DNA of 63,926 nt, counting the filler, from Nitrospirota bacterium (lineage in GTDB: Bacteria > UBA2233): NCBI GenBank assembly GCA_011620345.1. It is 8 parts of 8 records of this genome, joined end to end, with 100 filler letters (N's around TTAATTAATTAA, not from the genome) between each part and the next. Parts side by side here need not be neighbours in the genome. Positions count along the whole stretch, not along the records: positions 43,671 to 51,534 come from WOZJ01000021.1; positions 51,635 to 59,389 come from WOZJ01000007.1; 6 more parts are not named here. One strand, given 5' to 3'. How positions within the stretch are numbered: the stretch's first letter is position 1; each line of letters starts with the position of its first letter. The notes under the pieces were generated by a model, which ran no database searches, was not told the origin of the DNA, and saw only the letters and a list, made by a program, of their open reading frames with translations. Below are positions 49,661-58,411 of the stretch, one piece after another. The position numbers and the translations under genes are program-made.

Positions 49661-50707
49661 TTGACGCGCGGGCCGGTACGGGTTGCCATCTTTGGGGCGA
49701 GCGGCTATACGGGCTATGAGCTTCTTCGGCTGCTCAGCGGGCACCAAGGCGTAACGATTTCCCGCTTGTTTCGAGAAAACCCCCCATACGGTCCGCTCGA
49801 GACGTTGGGCGGGCCCTGGGCCCATTTTCAAGGGCTTTACTTTGAGGCCTACGAGGAGAGCTTGCTTGAGGGGGTGGACGTAGCCTTTTTGGCGCTGCCC
49901 GCAGGAAGCGCCGCGCCTTTTGTGTCAGGACTCCTTAAGAAGGACATCCGTGTTATTGACCTAAGCCCCGATTTTCGGTTTCGGACGAAAGGCGGATACG
50001 AGGCTGTTTACGGTCCGCACCCATGCCCCGAGCTGCTTGAAGAGGCGGCATACGGCCTTCCAGAATTTTTCGGAGAATCCATCCAAAACGCGCGACTCGT
50101 GGCAAACCCAGGCTGTTATGCCACCGCAACGCTCCTGTTTTTGTATCCCCTGGTAAAAGAGGGCCTTATTGGGCAAGGGCCGATCGTAGCGGATGCGAAA
50201 TCTGGGTTTTCTGGGGCGGGCAAAAAACCCACCCAGAAGGGTGTATTTTCAGAGGTCAACGAGAATTTTCGGGCGTACAGCCCGCTTGTCCACCGTCATG
50301 CCCCTGAAATGCTCGACGTGCTTGATAGGTTGGGGGCCAAAGCGGTTCCACTTCGTTTTGTGCCCCATTTGCTTCCCATCAATCGCGGAATTCTGGCTAC
50401 GATTTACGTCCCGCTTGTGCGTGCCATGGATTTCTCCGAGATCGCATCGGCGTTTCAAGCCTGCTACGAAGGCTCTCCGTTCATCCGCCTTCTGCCTAGT
50501 GGTGTGCTGCCGGAAACGAGCGCCGTACGAGGCACTAACTTCTGCGACATCGGGTTTGTAAACGTAAAGGGGTATCCAGAGCTCGTCGGGTTCTCCTGCA
50601 TCGACAATTTGGCCAAAGGGGCGAGTGGCCAAGCAGTCCAGAACTTCAACCTGATGATGGGGTTCGAGCAGACATGCGCGCTCTTGGGAGCGCCTTTGTA
50701 TCCTTAG
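49661..50707 (+). CDS. argC: N-acetyl-gamma-glutamyl-phosphate reductase
   Basis: GASGYTGYEL, DLSPDFR, ANPGCY, SGFSGAG, IDNLAKGASGQAVQN. Confidence 0.96.
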   Translation: MTRGPVRVAIFGASGYTGYELLRLLSGHQGVTISRLFRENPPYGPLETLGGPWAHFQGLYFEAYEESLLEGVDVAFLALPAGSAAPFVSGLLKKDIRVIDLSPDFRFRTKGGYEAVYGPHPCPELLEEAAYGLPEFFGESIQNARLVANPGCYATATLLFLYPLVKEGLIGQGPIVADAKSGFSGAGKKPTQKGVFSEVNENFRAYSPLVHRHAPEMLDVLDRLGAKAVPLRFVPHLLPINRGILATIYVPLVRAMDFSEIASAFQACYEGSPFIRLLPSGVLPETSAVRGTNFCDIGFVNVKGYPELVGFSCIDNLAKGASGQAVQNFNLMMGFEQTCALLGAPLYP

Positions 50708-50824
50708 GGCTGTGGAGCGGTGAGTAGGCTTTGTTCTTATGGAAGAGTGTGGTATAGCTAGGAAGAAGGCTTAAGACCGCCGCACTCAATGGACTGTTGC
50801 ACGCAACAATAGGGGGGACCGCGC

Positions 50825-51424
50825 ATGTTTTCCCGCCTGAAAGAAGATGTTCGGACGGTTTTTGCCAAAGACCCTGCCGCTCGGAGCGTGCTGGAAGTGC
50901 TCTTGTGTTACCCCGGGCTTCATGCCCTTTGGTTTTACCGGATCTCCAACGCCCTTTGGAAATGGAACGTAAAGTTGCCCGCTCGGCTGCTGTCGCATTT
51001 CGGAAGGTTCATGACGGGGATCGAGATTCATCCGGGATCAAAAATCGGCAGGCGCTTTTTTATCGACCACGGCATGGGTACGGTCATCGGCGAAACGGCC
51101 GAGATTGGCGACGATGTGCTGATGTACCAAGGTGTGACGCTGGGCGGCACGAGCTTGAAAAAAGGGAAGCGGCATCCGACGATCGGCAACGGCGTCGTGA
51201 TTGGCGCCGGGGCCAAGGTGCTGGGACCGATAAGGGTAGGGCACGAAGCAAGGATAGGGGCGGGAACCGTCGTGACTCGGGACGTTCCTGACGGGGCGAC
51301 CTGCGTAGGAGTGCCTGGCAGGGTCATCTTCAAGGCTTCTTCGGAAAAAGGCCAGACCATCTATTTAGGCTCTCCCTGCAACGAGGGCTCGCTCCCAAAA
51401 GAGCTCGAGTGCAGGCCTGACTAA
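50825..51424 (+). CDS. cysE: Serine O-acetyltransferase
   Basis: [40 protein letters not shown]. Confidence 0.95.
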   Translation: MFSRLKEDVRTVFAKDPAARSVLEVLLCYPGLHALWFYRISNALWKWNVKLPARLLSHFGRFMTGIEIHPGSKIGRRFFIDHGMGTVIGETAEIGDDVLMYQGVTLGGTSLKKGKRHPTIGNGVVIGAGAKVLGPIRVGHEARIGAGTVVTRDVPDGATCVGVPGRVIFKASSEKGQTIYLGSPCNEGSLPKELECRPD

Positions 51425-51457
51425 TTGTTTTATTCCGGCCCATCGTATGATAGAGCA

Positions 51458-51528
51458 CGATAGGCGGGACATTCCTGTCCCGCCTAGCTATGGCCACGCC
51501 CGCCGGGCCTGGAAAGGCCCGGCTATCG
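51458..51528. repeat. Inverted REP-like doublet (REPIN/BIME-like)
   Basis: CGATAG-GCGGGACA-TTCC-TGTCCCGC on the plus strand and CGATAG-CCGGGCCT-TTCC-AGGCCCGG on the minus strand, 17-nt spacer, at a contig end. Confidence 0.75.
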
Positions 51529-51668
51529 AAGGAGNNNNNNNNNNNNNNNNNNNNNNNNNNNNNNNNNNNNNNNNNNNNTTAATTAATTAANNNNNNNNNN
51601 NNNNNNNNNNNNNNNNNNNNNNNNNNNNNNNNNNGCTTTATCCGTGACAACCTTTATCCGGCCTACCT

Positions 51669-51965
51669 TTAGGGAAAAACGTACCAAGCGCAAGGGAAGT
51701 CCCACAGCCCGCCGCATGTGTGCCTGCCTGGCGACGTCTGGGAGAGAGGGAGCGGACCCAACGAGGGCTCCTGCCCTTGCGGGGCAAAGAACGTGTAGCC
51801 CCCCGTTCCTTGAGGAAAGCCCGCGGGTTGGACCCCTGCGGGCCCGGCAGGCCTAGCCTGCGAGCCTCCCAACGCCTGCTGGGCATAAGCATGGCTGAAC
51901 CCAAGCGACGTGATTAAGGCGCCCGCCGCTACCTTTAGGGCGAAACGGCTACCTTGCCGAGGCAT
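51669..51965 (-). CDS. Small putative secreted Gly/Pro/Gln-rich protein
   Basis: Signal peptide ending AYA; start overlaps the gntR stop; C-terminus CGGLWDFPCAWYVFP. Confidence 0.55.
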   Translation of the reverse strand: MPRQGSRFALKVAAGALITSLGFSHAYAQQALGGSQARPAGPAGVQPAGFPQGTGGYTFFAPQGQEPSLGPLPLSQTSPGRHTCGGLWDFPCAWYVFP

Positions 51966-52647
51966 CAGAAGAGTTGCCCTGCACGGCCGGGATATGTTCT
52001 TTTTTCTTGCGCAGCTCCCGGGTCAAGACCCTGGCGCCTTCCATTGCGTTCTCCCAAACTAAGCGACCGGCTTCGTCTGCATCCTTCTTGCGAAAGGCCT
52101 CTATAATCTTGGCGTGCGTCTTGAACGTATCCCTGCCGTCCTCGGTAAGCGAAATGGCAATGCGGTAGCGCCTGTATTGTCTCACAAGCTGCTCGTTGAT
52201 CTGAACGATCTTGTCGTTTCCGCAGGCGTTGACAAAGACGGAGTGAAACTCGTTATGGGCCTTGAGGACGGCGGCGGAGTCCTCTTTGCCGGCCATGCGT
52301 TCGAGCTGCTCGTTGAGCTTCTCCATTTTCTGAAGATCCTTCTCCGTCAGCCTGTCCACGGCTTTCCTAGCGGCGTAGCTCTCCAGCAGCGCTTTTAGTT
52401 CGTAGAAATCCTCGACGTCTTTTTCGTCCCAGCTTGAGACGACGGCCCCCCTGTGGGGGTAGATGTCGATGAACCCCTCGGCCGCAAGTTCCCTGAAGGC
52501 TTCGCGCACGGGAGTACGCGAGATCTGGTATTGTTCGGCCATTTCTTCTTCGGTAAGCCGTTCGCTCGGCTTGAGCTGTCCTTTGACGATGGATTCCCTG
52601 ATTGCCTCGACCACTCTTTCTCGCAGCGTCTTGTAAGCGCGCACCAT
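51949..52647 (-). CDS. GntR-family (FCD) transcriptional regulator
   Basis: ISRTPVREA winged-HTH motif and FCD-type C-domain (HNEFH); RBS AAGGGGGG. Confidence 0.93.
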   Translation of the reverse strand: MVRAYKTLRERVVEAIRESIVKGQLKPSERLTEEEMAEQYQISRTPVREAFRELAAEGFIDIYPHRGAVVSSWDEKDVEDFYELKALLESYAARKAVDRLTEKDLQKMEKLNEQLERMAGKEDSAAVLKAHNEFHSVFVNACGNDKIVQINEQLVRQYRRYRIAISLTEDGRDTFKTHAKIIEAFRKKDADEAGRLVWENAMEGARVLTRELRKKKEHIPAVQGNSSDASAR

Positions 52648-52816
52648 ACCCCCCCTTGTTCAGAAGAGCCTTTTTAAAGCTCGGACTCCTTGATGGATAA
52701 AGTTGATAGTGCACATTGTATCGTATATATTGTTCCTTGCCAAGCCCCAGCATAGGGATGAACGTCTTTGGTGTGACAATGCCTTTTTCGAGTGGAATCC
52801 AGGGTTAAAACCCGAT

Positions 52817-53170
52817 TCACGGCCTTTCGTTGCGCTCTTGCTCGGCCTTGCACTCGATGCACAAATCGGTGACGGGCCTGGCTCTTAGCCTTTCTATGTG
52901 GATTTCCTGTCCGCAATGGATACAAAGGCCGAAGGTACCCGTCTCGAACCGCTCGAGCGCCTCGTCGATCTTCTTGATGAGCTTTCGCTCCCTGTCCTTG
53001 ATCTTTAAAATGGAGATCCGTCCATCCTCGATCTGGGCCCGGTCTGTGGGATCGGAAGTTTGCCCCGGATCAAGCTGGCCCTTTTGAGAAAGCTGTATCG
53101 CCCCTTCGAGGAGCTCTTCTTTCCATCGAAGCAACGCCTCTTTGAGCAGGATCAGTTCTTTTGCGTTCAT
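52817..53170 (-). CDS. dksA: RNA polymerase-binding protein DksA
   Basis: DPTDRA acidic tip, DRERKLIKKIDEALER, CIHC...ERLRARP...LCIEC. Confidence 0.93.
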   Translation of the reverse strand: MNAKELILLKEALLRWKEELLEGAIQLSQKGQLDPGQTSDPTDRAQIEDGRISILKIKDRERKLIKKIDEALERFETGTFGLCIHCGQEIHIERLRARPVTDLCIECKAEQERNERP

Positions 53171-53195
53171 GACGTCTCCGTTCGTATGGCCTCCA

Positions 53196-53693
53196 TCAAT
53201 CGCCTTCCAGGTAGCGGGCAAAGCCGTTTAGGTCCTCCAAGAACCGCCGCATAAGCCTTTGGTGGCTTGCTTGGTAGTATACGCGCCCGCAGCTTGGGCA
53301 TGTCCAGAAGCGTTCCATGTTCCTTGCGACATGGGTAGGAATGCGGCCGATCACCTCTCGTTTTGGAGCAACTAGGAGCCTGGCGTTGCATACGGTGCAA
53401 AGGCCTCCCATAACCCTGCTCGGCTCGAGAAATTTGAGCAGCGGGGCGATCTCGAGAAGCTGGTCTCGGACAACGTTGCAATGGAGGAGGTAGAATGCAA
53501 CCGGAGGGCATTGTAGGGTAAGGAGCCGGTCCTTCGTAACCAGCACGCGACTGTCCCGGAGCGTGAGCGCGACAAGCTGCTCGTCTGGCCCTTTTGGGTA
53601 GTAGCGGGCATCGAAACGGAGGATTCTAAGCCACCTTGCAAGCCTTCCCAGCATCGTATCCAGCATTAGCCCGCCGTAGGAAGGCCGATTCAT
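53196..53693 (-). CDS. Mut7-C (PIN-like RNase) domain protein
   Basis: DTMLGRLARWLR, RVLVTKD, CTVCN...CPSCGRVYY. Confidence 0.88.
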   Translation of the reverse strand: MNRPSYGGLMLDTMLGRLARWLRILRFDARYYPKGPDEQLVALTLRDSRVLVTKDRLLTLQCPPVAFYLLHCNVVRDQLLEIAPLLKFLEPSRVMGGLCTVCNARLLVAPKREVIGRIPTHVARNMERFWTCPSCGRVYYQASHQRLMRRFLEDLNGFARYLEGD

Positions 53694-53856
53694 CGATTTT
53701 CTCGCCTATGTTTATGTCAATTTGGAGGCTCCTTTGATCATAGCAAAACTTTCTCGGCCTTGACATTGTTTCCTGGGTGCGTTGTAGAATTTGGAGAGGG
53801 CCAAAGGAGAGTTTGACGACGATAGCCTTGCCTAAGGAAACAACAGGAGATTCTGT

Positions 53857-54900
53857 ATGCCCAAGCGTGTGGGGATTTTAACCGGCGGAGGCGATTGTCC
53901 AGGCCTAAACGCCGCCATCCGTGCCGTTGTTCGTAGGTTGCTTCCCGAGAACATCGAAACGATCGGCATTCTCAAGGGCTGGAAGGGGGCATTGGAAAAA
54001 GAAACCATGCCTTTGGGCGTGGACGAGGTAGCGGGCATCCTGCCCAGAGGCGGAACAATCCTTAGGACTTCCAGGACAAACCCGTTGAAGCATGATGGTG
54101 GGCTGGAGAAAACCGTTAAAAACCTGGAAGGCCTAGGCATTGAAGCGCTCGTAGCGATCGGAGGGGAGGATACGCTCGGCGTGGCCTCGAAGCTGTTCGA
54201 GGCGGGGGTGAAGGTCGTCGGAATCCCAAAGACGATCGACAACGACCTTTCCGGTACGGACATGACGTTCGGGTTCGACACGGCCGTTTCCATCGCAACC
54301 GAGGCGATCGATCGAATCCACACGACCGCCGAGTCGCACGATCGGGTCATGGTCGTCGAGGTGATGGGCCGCTATACCGGATGGATCGCCGCTTACTCTG
54401 GGATCGCGGGCGGGGCGGATGCCATCCTTATCCCTGAAGAGCCGTTTTCGCTCGAAGAGGTCGTCAGAATCATAAGAAAGCGTCACGAGCGCGGCCGGGA
54501 TTTCAGCATTGTCGTCGTTGCGGAAGGCGCCAAGTTTGGCGATGTGGCCGAGAAGAACATGCTGGTCGTTCAAGACGCCCGGATGGACGAGTTCGGGCAT
54601 GTCAAGCTTGGAGGGATCGGCAACGTCCTGGCGCGGGAGATCGAAGATCAGACAGGCTATGAAACCCGGGTTACCGTCTTGGGGCACATCCAGCGAGGGG
54701 GGACTCCGACGGCGTTTGACCGTGTCCTGGCCACCCGGTTCGGGGTTTTCGCCGCAGATCTCGTGTTGCAAGGCAAGTTCGGGCATATGGCTGCGTTGCG
54801 AGGGATGCAGATTGCGGATGTTCCGCTGAAAGAAGCCACGGGCCAGGTTAAAAAGCTCGACAAGAAGATCTTCGAGGTTGCGAAGGTCTTCTTCGGCTAG
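53857..54900 (+). CDS. pfkA: 6-phosphofructokinase, probably PPi-dependent
   Basis: TGGGDCPGLN, IGGEDT, PKTIDND, EVMGR, LGHIQRGG. Confidence 0.95.
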   Translation: MPKRVGILTGGGDCPGLNAAIRAVVRRLLPENIETIGILKGWKGALEKETMPLGVDEVAGILPRGGTILRTSRTNPLKHDGGLEKTVKNLEGLGIEALVAIGGEDTLGVASKLFEAGVKVVGIPKTIDNDLSGTDMTFGFDTAVSIATEAIDRIHTTAESHDRVMVVEVMGRYTGWIAAYSGIAGGADAILIPEEPFSLEEVVRIIRKRHERGRDFSIVVVAEGAKFGDVAEKNMLVVQDARMDEFGHVKLGGIGNVLAREIEDQTGYETRVTVLGHIQRGGTPTAFDRVLATRFGVFAADLVLQGKFGHMAALRGMQIADVPLKEATGQVKKLDKKIFEVAKVFFG

Positions 54901-54945
54901 CCTCTTTTTTTTCGCGAGCAGCGCAAGGCGGGGCATTTTGAGGGC

Positions 54946-54967
54946 TTAGGAGGCAGAAGCCTCCTAA
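54946..54967. terminator. Hairpin between convergent pfk and cytochrome operon
   Basis: TTAGGAGGC-AGAA-GCCTCCTAA, perfect 9-bp stem. Confidence 0.5.
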
Positions 54968-55065
54968 ACGGCGCTGGTTTTCCCGGGAGGGCCCTCCCCG
55001 TGGCTAGGCCGAAAACTTCTCCGGTGCATGCCGTTTTTTCGGTGTTCTCTAGGTGGTTGCCGTGG

Positions 55066-56487
55066 CTATCGGGCAAAGCGTCCTTCCTGCCTTCGGTGCC
55101 TTGAGGCGTCGTGGCAGGGGTAGCAATCTTGGCTGCGCTGTTTTTTTTCCTCTTGGGCGCAGCGGCTATGGGTTGCAAGCGGAACCCTCCAACGCTTTTC
55201 GTGGGCCTTCGAATGCAGAATCACCTGCCCGTTTTTCTCCCTTAGGTGGGGGAGTGGCTCGTTAGCATCCGTTATTCCAATACGGTCTCCTAGCTTAAGG
55301 GCAGGAAAACCCCTCCTGTAGCTTCTCACAACCCAAAACGCCTCATCGGCCCCGCTTGCAAGCGTTCGGAGCGCGGGCAACGAGGTTTTTGTCCCATGGC
55401 AGGTCTTGCAGCGAACCCTTTGGAGCGCGTCCTTATTGCCCGTCAGGTGGCCATCGCCCATGACCTCGGTGCGGGTATGGCAGTCGATGCACTCTAACTC
55501 GACCTCACAGCGGGCGAACTGGGCCTGGGGGATGTAGTAAGCCTTCCAGCGGTCCGCATTGGGGTCCGTGATCGCCGGCCTAGGAATGTCCGCCCTGTAG
55601 AAGAATTCAAGCCTCAAGGAGTGAACCCCTTGGTTGTGACAGGCATTGCAGGCCGTATACGAGATGGCCGTCGTCATTTTGTGGTAGGGCGCATGGCCGG
55701 CCTCGTTCTTTTTGATCGCCTTGTCTTTCCCCAAATAGCGGCCGCTTGGCCGAAAGGGGACATGGCAGGCCGCACAGCCTGAAAGGTGCCTGGCGTCGGT
55801 GTTTTTTAAATCATGGCCCGTATGGAGATGACAAAAGCTCAGGCAGTTCTTTACGAAGCGCGTTTTTTGCGGGTTGTCCTCCGGCCGAAAAGGTGCGAGC
55901 GAACTGGCTGCAAGCATGCGTTTTTCTCGGATCTCTGGGATCAGTCCGAGGGCCTCTCGGGCTGGGCTTACGCCAAACCGGGCAAGCTCGTCTTTTTGCC
56001 AGCCCAGGGCAAACGCGGCCTTGGCGATCTCGGAGGCCTTGGTGGCCATGAGTGTCAAGGGTACGCTCGCAGACGGGCTCCTTGAAGGGTTATCGGACCT
56101 TACGTGGCAGCCTTCTTTCCCGCAGGTCTTTTCTTGAACCTCAAGGGTGGCCGGGTTTCTTTTTCCAAGAAGCCCTTTGTGGGCGCGTGGCTTCGAAAGC
56201 GCAAGAGCGTTTCCTCCATGGCAGACCACGCAGCCAAACGCCCGGGTAGGGTGCGCCGGGCTGATCTCTTCGATTCCAAAATGGCAGGTAAGGCAACGCT
56301 CCGGCTTTCCTGTAAGCGTGGGCACGACCGTCATTGGCTCTGCGCTAAAGCGTCTCCAGGGCTGCATGGCATCCTTGATAAAGACAAGAATGAGCGCGGC
56401 CCCACCAAGGACAACGCCTACGATGGCGACAAGCCTCCAGGCGTCTTTTACGGCCCATGCGAACCGTCTCAAGGCCAAGAAAACCAA
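55066..56487 (-). CDS. Membrane-anchored multiheme cytochrome c
   Basis: N-terminal TM segment; CLTCH, CVVCH, CAACH, CNACH, CIDCH, CKTCH, CYPCH plus CGKEGCH and CLSFCH. Confidence 0.9.
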   Translation of the reverse strand: MVFLALRRFAWAVKDAWRLVAIVGVVLGGAALILVFIKDAMQPWRRFSAEPMTVVPTLTGKPERCLTCHFGIEEISPAHPTRAFGCVVCHGGNALALSKPRAHKGLLGKRNPATLEVQEKTCGKEGCHVRSDNPSRSPSASVPLTLMATKASEIAKAAFALGWQKDELARFGVSPAREALGLIPEIREKRMLAASSLAPFRPEDNPQKTRFVKNCLSFCHLHTGHDLKNTDARHLSGCAACHVPFRPSGRYLGKDKAIKKNEAGHAPYHKMTTAISYTACNACHNQGVHSLRLEFFYRADIPRPAITDPNADRWKAYYIPQAQFARCEVELECIDCHTRTEVMGDGHLTGNKDALQRVRCKTCHGTKTSLPALRTLASGADEAFWVVRSYRRGFPALKLGDRIGITDANEPLPHLREKNGQVILHSKAHEKRWRVPLATHSRCAQEEKKQRSQDCYPCHDASRHRRQEGRFAR

Positions 56488-56828
56488 AGCCTAAAAAAGA
56501 GCGTGGCTAAAACCCAAAAGCTCAAGAGACCGATCCCAAGACCTTTTATGGCCGTATGTCTTCTCATCGGAAAGTATGGCAGCAAAACAAGAAAGCAAAG
56601 CGCTAGCATAGGCAGGAAAACCCCGGCAAGAAAGGGCGAAAAGATCAGCAAGAGCCCTTGGATCGCCACGAAAATCCACGGCGCTGGGGCAACTCCGCCT
56701 TGAGGGGGCCCGCCAACGATCAAGCCGGAAGGAAAAAGGGCCGCAGCGAGGGCCAAAAGCCCCAAAGCCAACAAGAATACGGCTCCCTCTCGCCTAAGAA
56801 GTTCTCTTCTTGGGATAAAACCCTTCAT
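56469..56828 (-). CDS. Cytochrome b subunit IV-like membrane protein
   Basis: Three TM segments, APWIF at the PEWYF position, LLPYF; directly after the split cytochrome b. Confidence 0.75.
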   Translation of the reverse strand: MKGFIPRRELLRREGAVFLLALGLLALAAALFPSGLIVGGPPQGGVAPAPWIFVAIQGLLLIFSPFLAGVFLPMLALCFLVLLPYFPMRRHTAIKGLGIGLLSFWVLATLFFRLWFSWP

Positions 56829-57478
56829 AGGCCCCGACTGACCCCGCCATCCCGACGCACGCGGTAAAAGTGCCATGCGCACAGCCCGAGCGCCAAAAAA
56901 GGCAACACCCCGCAGTGGAGCGCGTAGAGCCTGAGCCCAGCGCCCTGGCCTACGGGGTCGGCACCGAAAACGAGGGCTTGGAAGATTCCGCCCAGCAAGG
57001 GAACCTCCCCCAAAAGCCCGAACGCCACCCTAGAGGCATCCATTGCCCTTTCATCGCCGATCAAGAGGTAGCCGCTGAAATCTAGAAAGAATGTCAGCAC
57101 CAAAAGGCTCATGCCGATGAGCCAGTTCCCCCGACGCGGCGGGGCAAAGGCACCCGAGGCCAGCACCCTCAGCGTATGGCCAACGAGCACGATAATCATG
57201 AGCTGGCCCGCGAAGAAATGCAGGCTCCTTAGGAAAGAGCCGTAGGCTAGGGCCTCTTCGATCGTCAAGACCGAATCAAGGGCCTCGCTTGGCGATCCTG
57301 GCTTATAAAAGGGCATCAAAAGAAATCCCGTGAAGATCAAGACCACAAAAAACCCGAAGGAAAGCCCACCTAAGCAAAGAGTGGGCCAAAGCCCCGCGGC
57401 GTCTTTTGGGATCTTTGGCGGATGGATGTGCGCCAAGAACCCGAATATCCCGTTTCGGTTTGTGCCCAGCGCCTTCAT
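56825..57478 (-). CDS. Cytochrome b6-type N-terminal subunit
   Basis: TLCLGG, H-x13-H in helix B, H-x14-H in helix D, NWLIG, FSGYLL. Confidence 0.92.
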   Translation of the reverse strand: MKALGTNRNGIFGFLAHIHPPKIPKDAAGLWPTLCLGGLSFGFFVVLIFTGFLLMPFYKPGSPSEALDSVLTIEEALAYGSFLRSLHFFAGQLMIIVLVGHTLRVLASGAFAPPRRGNWLIGMSLLVLTFFLDFSGYLLIGDERAMDASRVAFGLLGEVPLLGGIFQALVFGADPVGQGAGLRLYALHCGVLPFLALGLCAWHFYRVRRDGGVSRGL

Positions 57479-57906
57479 AGGCGAAACTCCGGGCCGGCCT
57501 CGATGGTCAGCCCGGCCTTAAGTCGAGCTTCGCTCACCTTAAAAAGCTTTAGGCGCTTGAGGGGCCTGACGGCCGGCCCTTTGAGCACCCGACCCCCTAG
57601 ATCGTATTCGCTCCCGTGGCATGGGCATGAAAACGAGGATTCCAGCGGAACAAAACGAACAGGGCACCCCAAGTGGCTACAGCGGTTCAAAAGGGCATAG
57701 GAGCCTTTTTTGTCGCGCACAAGCCAAGCGAGCCCTTGGTTGCCGAGAAGGGGTTCTTCGCCTCCTTGGGGCTTTGTGAGGTCGAACTCCTCGAACTCGG
57801 GTACCCTCCCCTCTGGGTTAGAGCCAAGATAGCCTAAAACGAGCTTCAAAAACCCCAATGCGGGCAAGGCCAAAAGGGCTTTTACAAGGTTCCGCCTTGC
57901 AAACAT
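57475..57906 (-). CDS. Rieske [2Fe-2S] protein
   Basis: ARRNLV Tat-like anchor, CSHLGC and CPCHGSEYD boxes, GPAVRPL. Confidence 0.94.
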   Translation of the reverse strand: MFARRNLVKALLALPALGFLKLVLGYLGSNPEGRVPEFEEFDLTKPQGGEEPLLGNQGLAWLVRDKKGSYALLNRCSHLGCPVRFVPLESSFSCPCHGSEYDLGGRVLKGPAVRPLKRLKLFKVSEARLKAGLTIEAGPEFRL

Positions 57907-58015
57907 CCGAACCTTCGGGTATTCAGAAAGTTCCGGCCGGGGTAAAAACGCCCCGGCCGGAACTTTCACGCAAGTAATTCAGGCCCAGAGGCCTCAAGCC
58001 AAGCAAAAACCCTGC

Positions 58016-58369
58016 CTACTTGGCCCCGTAGCTGGCCGCCTTTTGCTGCCAGTCGCTCGGATGGCACGAGCCACAGTTGAACTGCAGGTCGTCAAACGGG
58101 TTGACCATGCCCTGGTGCGCCCTGGCCTTGTCCGTCGCGCCCGGCTGGCCGGCGTGGCAGTAATCGCAGGCATCGAGGTTGGCGTGGTCTACATGCCATT
58201 TGCCCTGGTTCGAGACGGGCTTTTGCTTTTGGATCTCATGGCAGCTCTTGCAAGAGCTCACCGAAGACCCGCAGGCAGCATGAAGAGGGCCTACTCTATA
58301 CAGCCCGCTAAAAAGAACGATCGCTATACTTGAAAGAAGGAGCTTCTTCTTGAAACCCGGTGGTTTCAT
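58016..58369 (-). CDS. Small periplasmic triheme cytochrome c
   Basis: Signal peptide; CKSCH, CDYCH, CGSCH; RBS GGAGG. Confidence 0.88.
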   Translation of the reverse strand: MKPPGFKKKLLLSSIAIVLFSGLYRVGPLHAACGSSVSSCKSCHEIQKQKPVSNQGKWHVDHANLDACDYCHAGQPGATDKARAHQGMVNPFDDLQFNCGSCHPSDWQQKAASYGAK

Positions 58370-58411
58370 GGCACAGTAAACCTCCATTTTTTTACAGGGC
58401 AACATTCCTTT

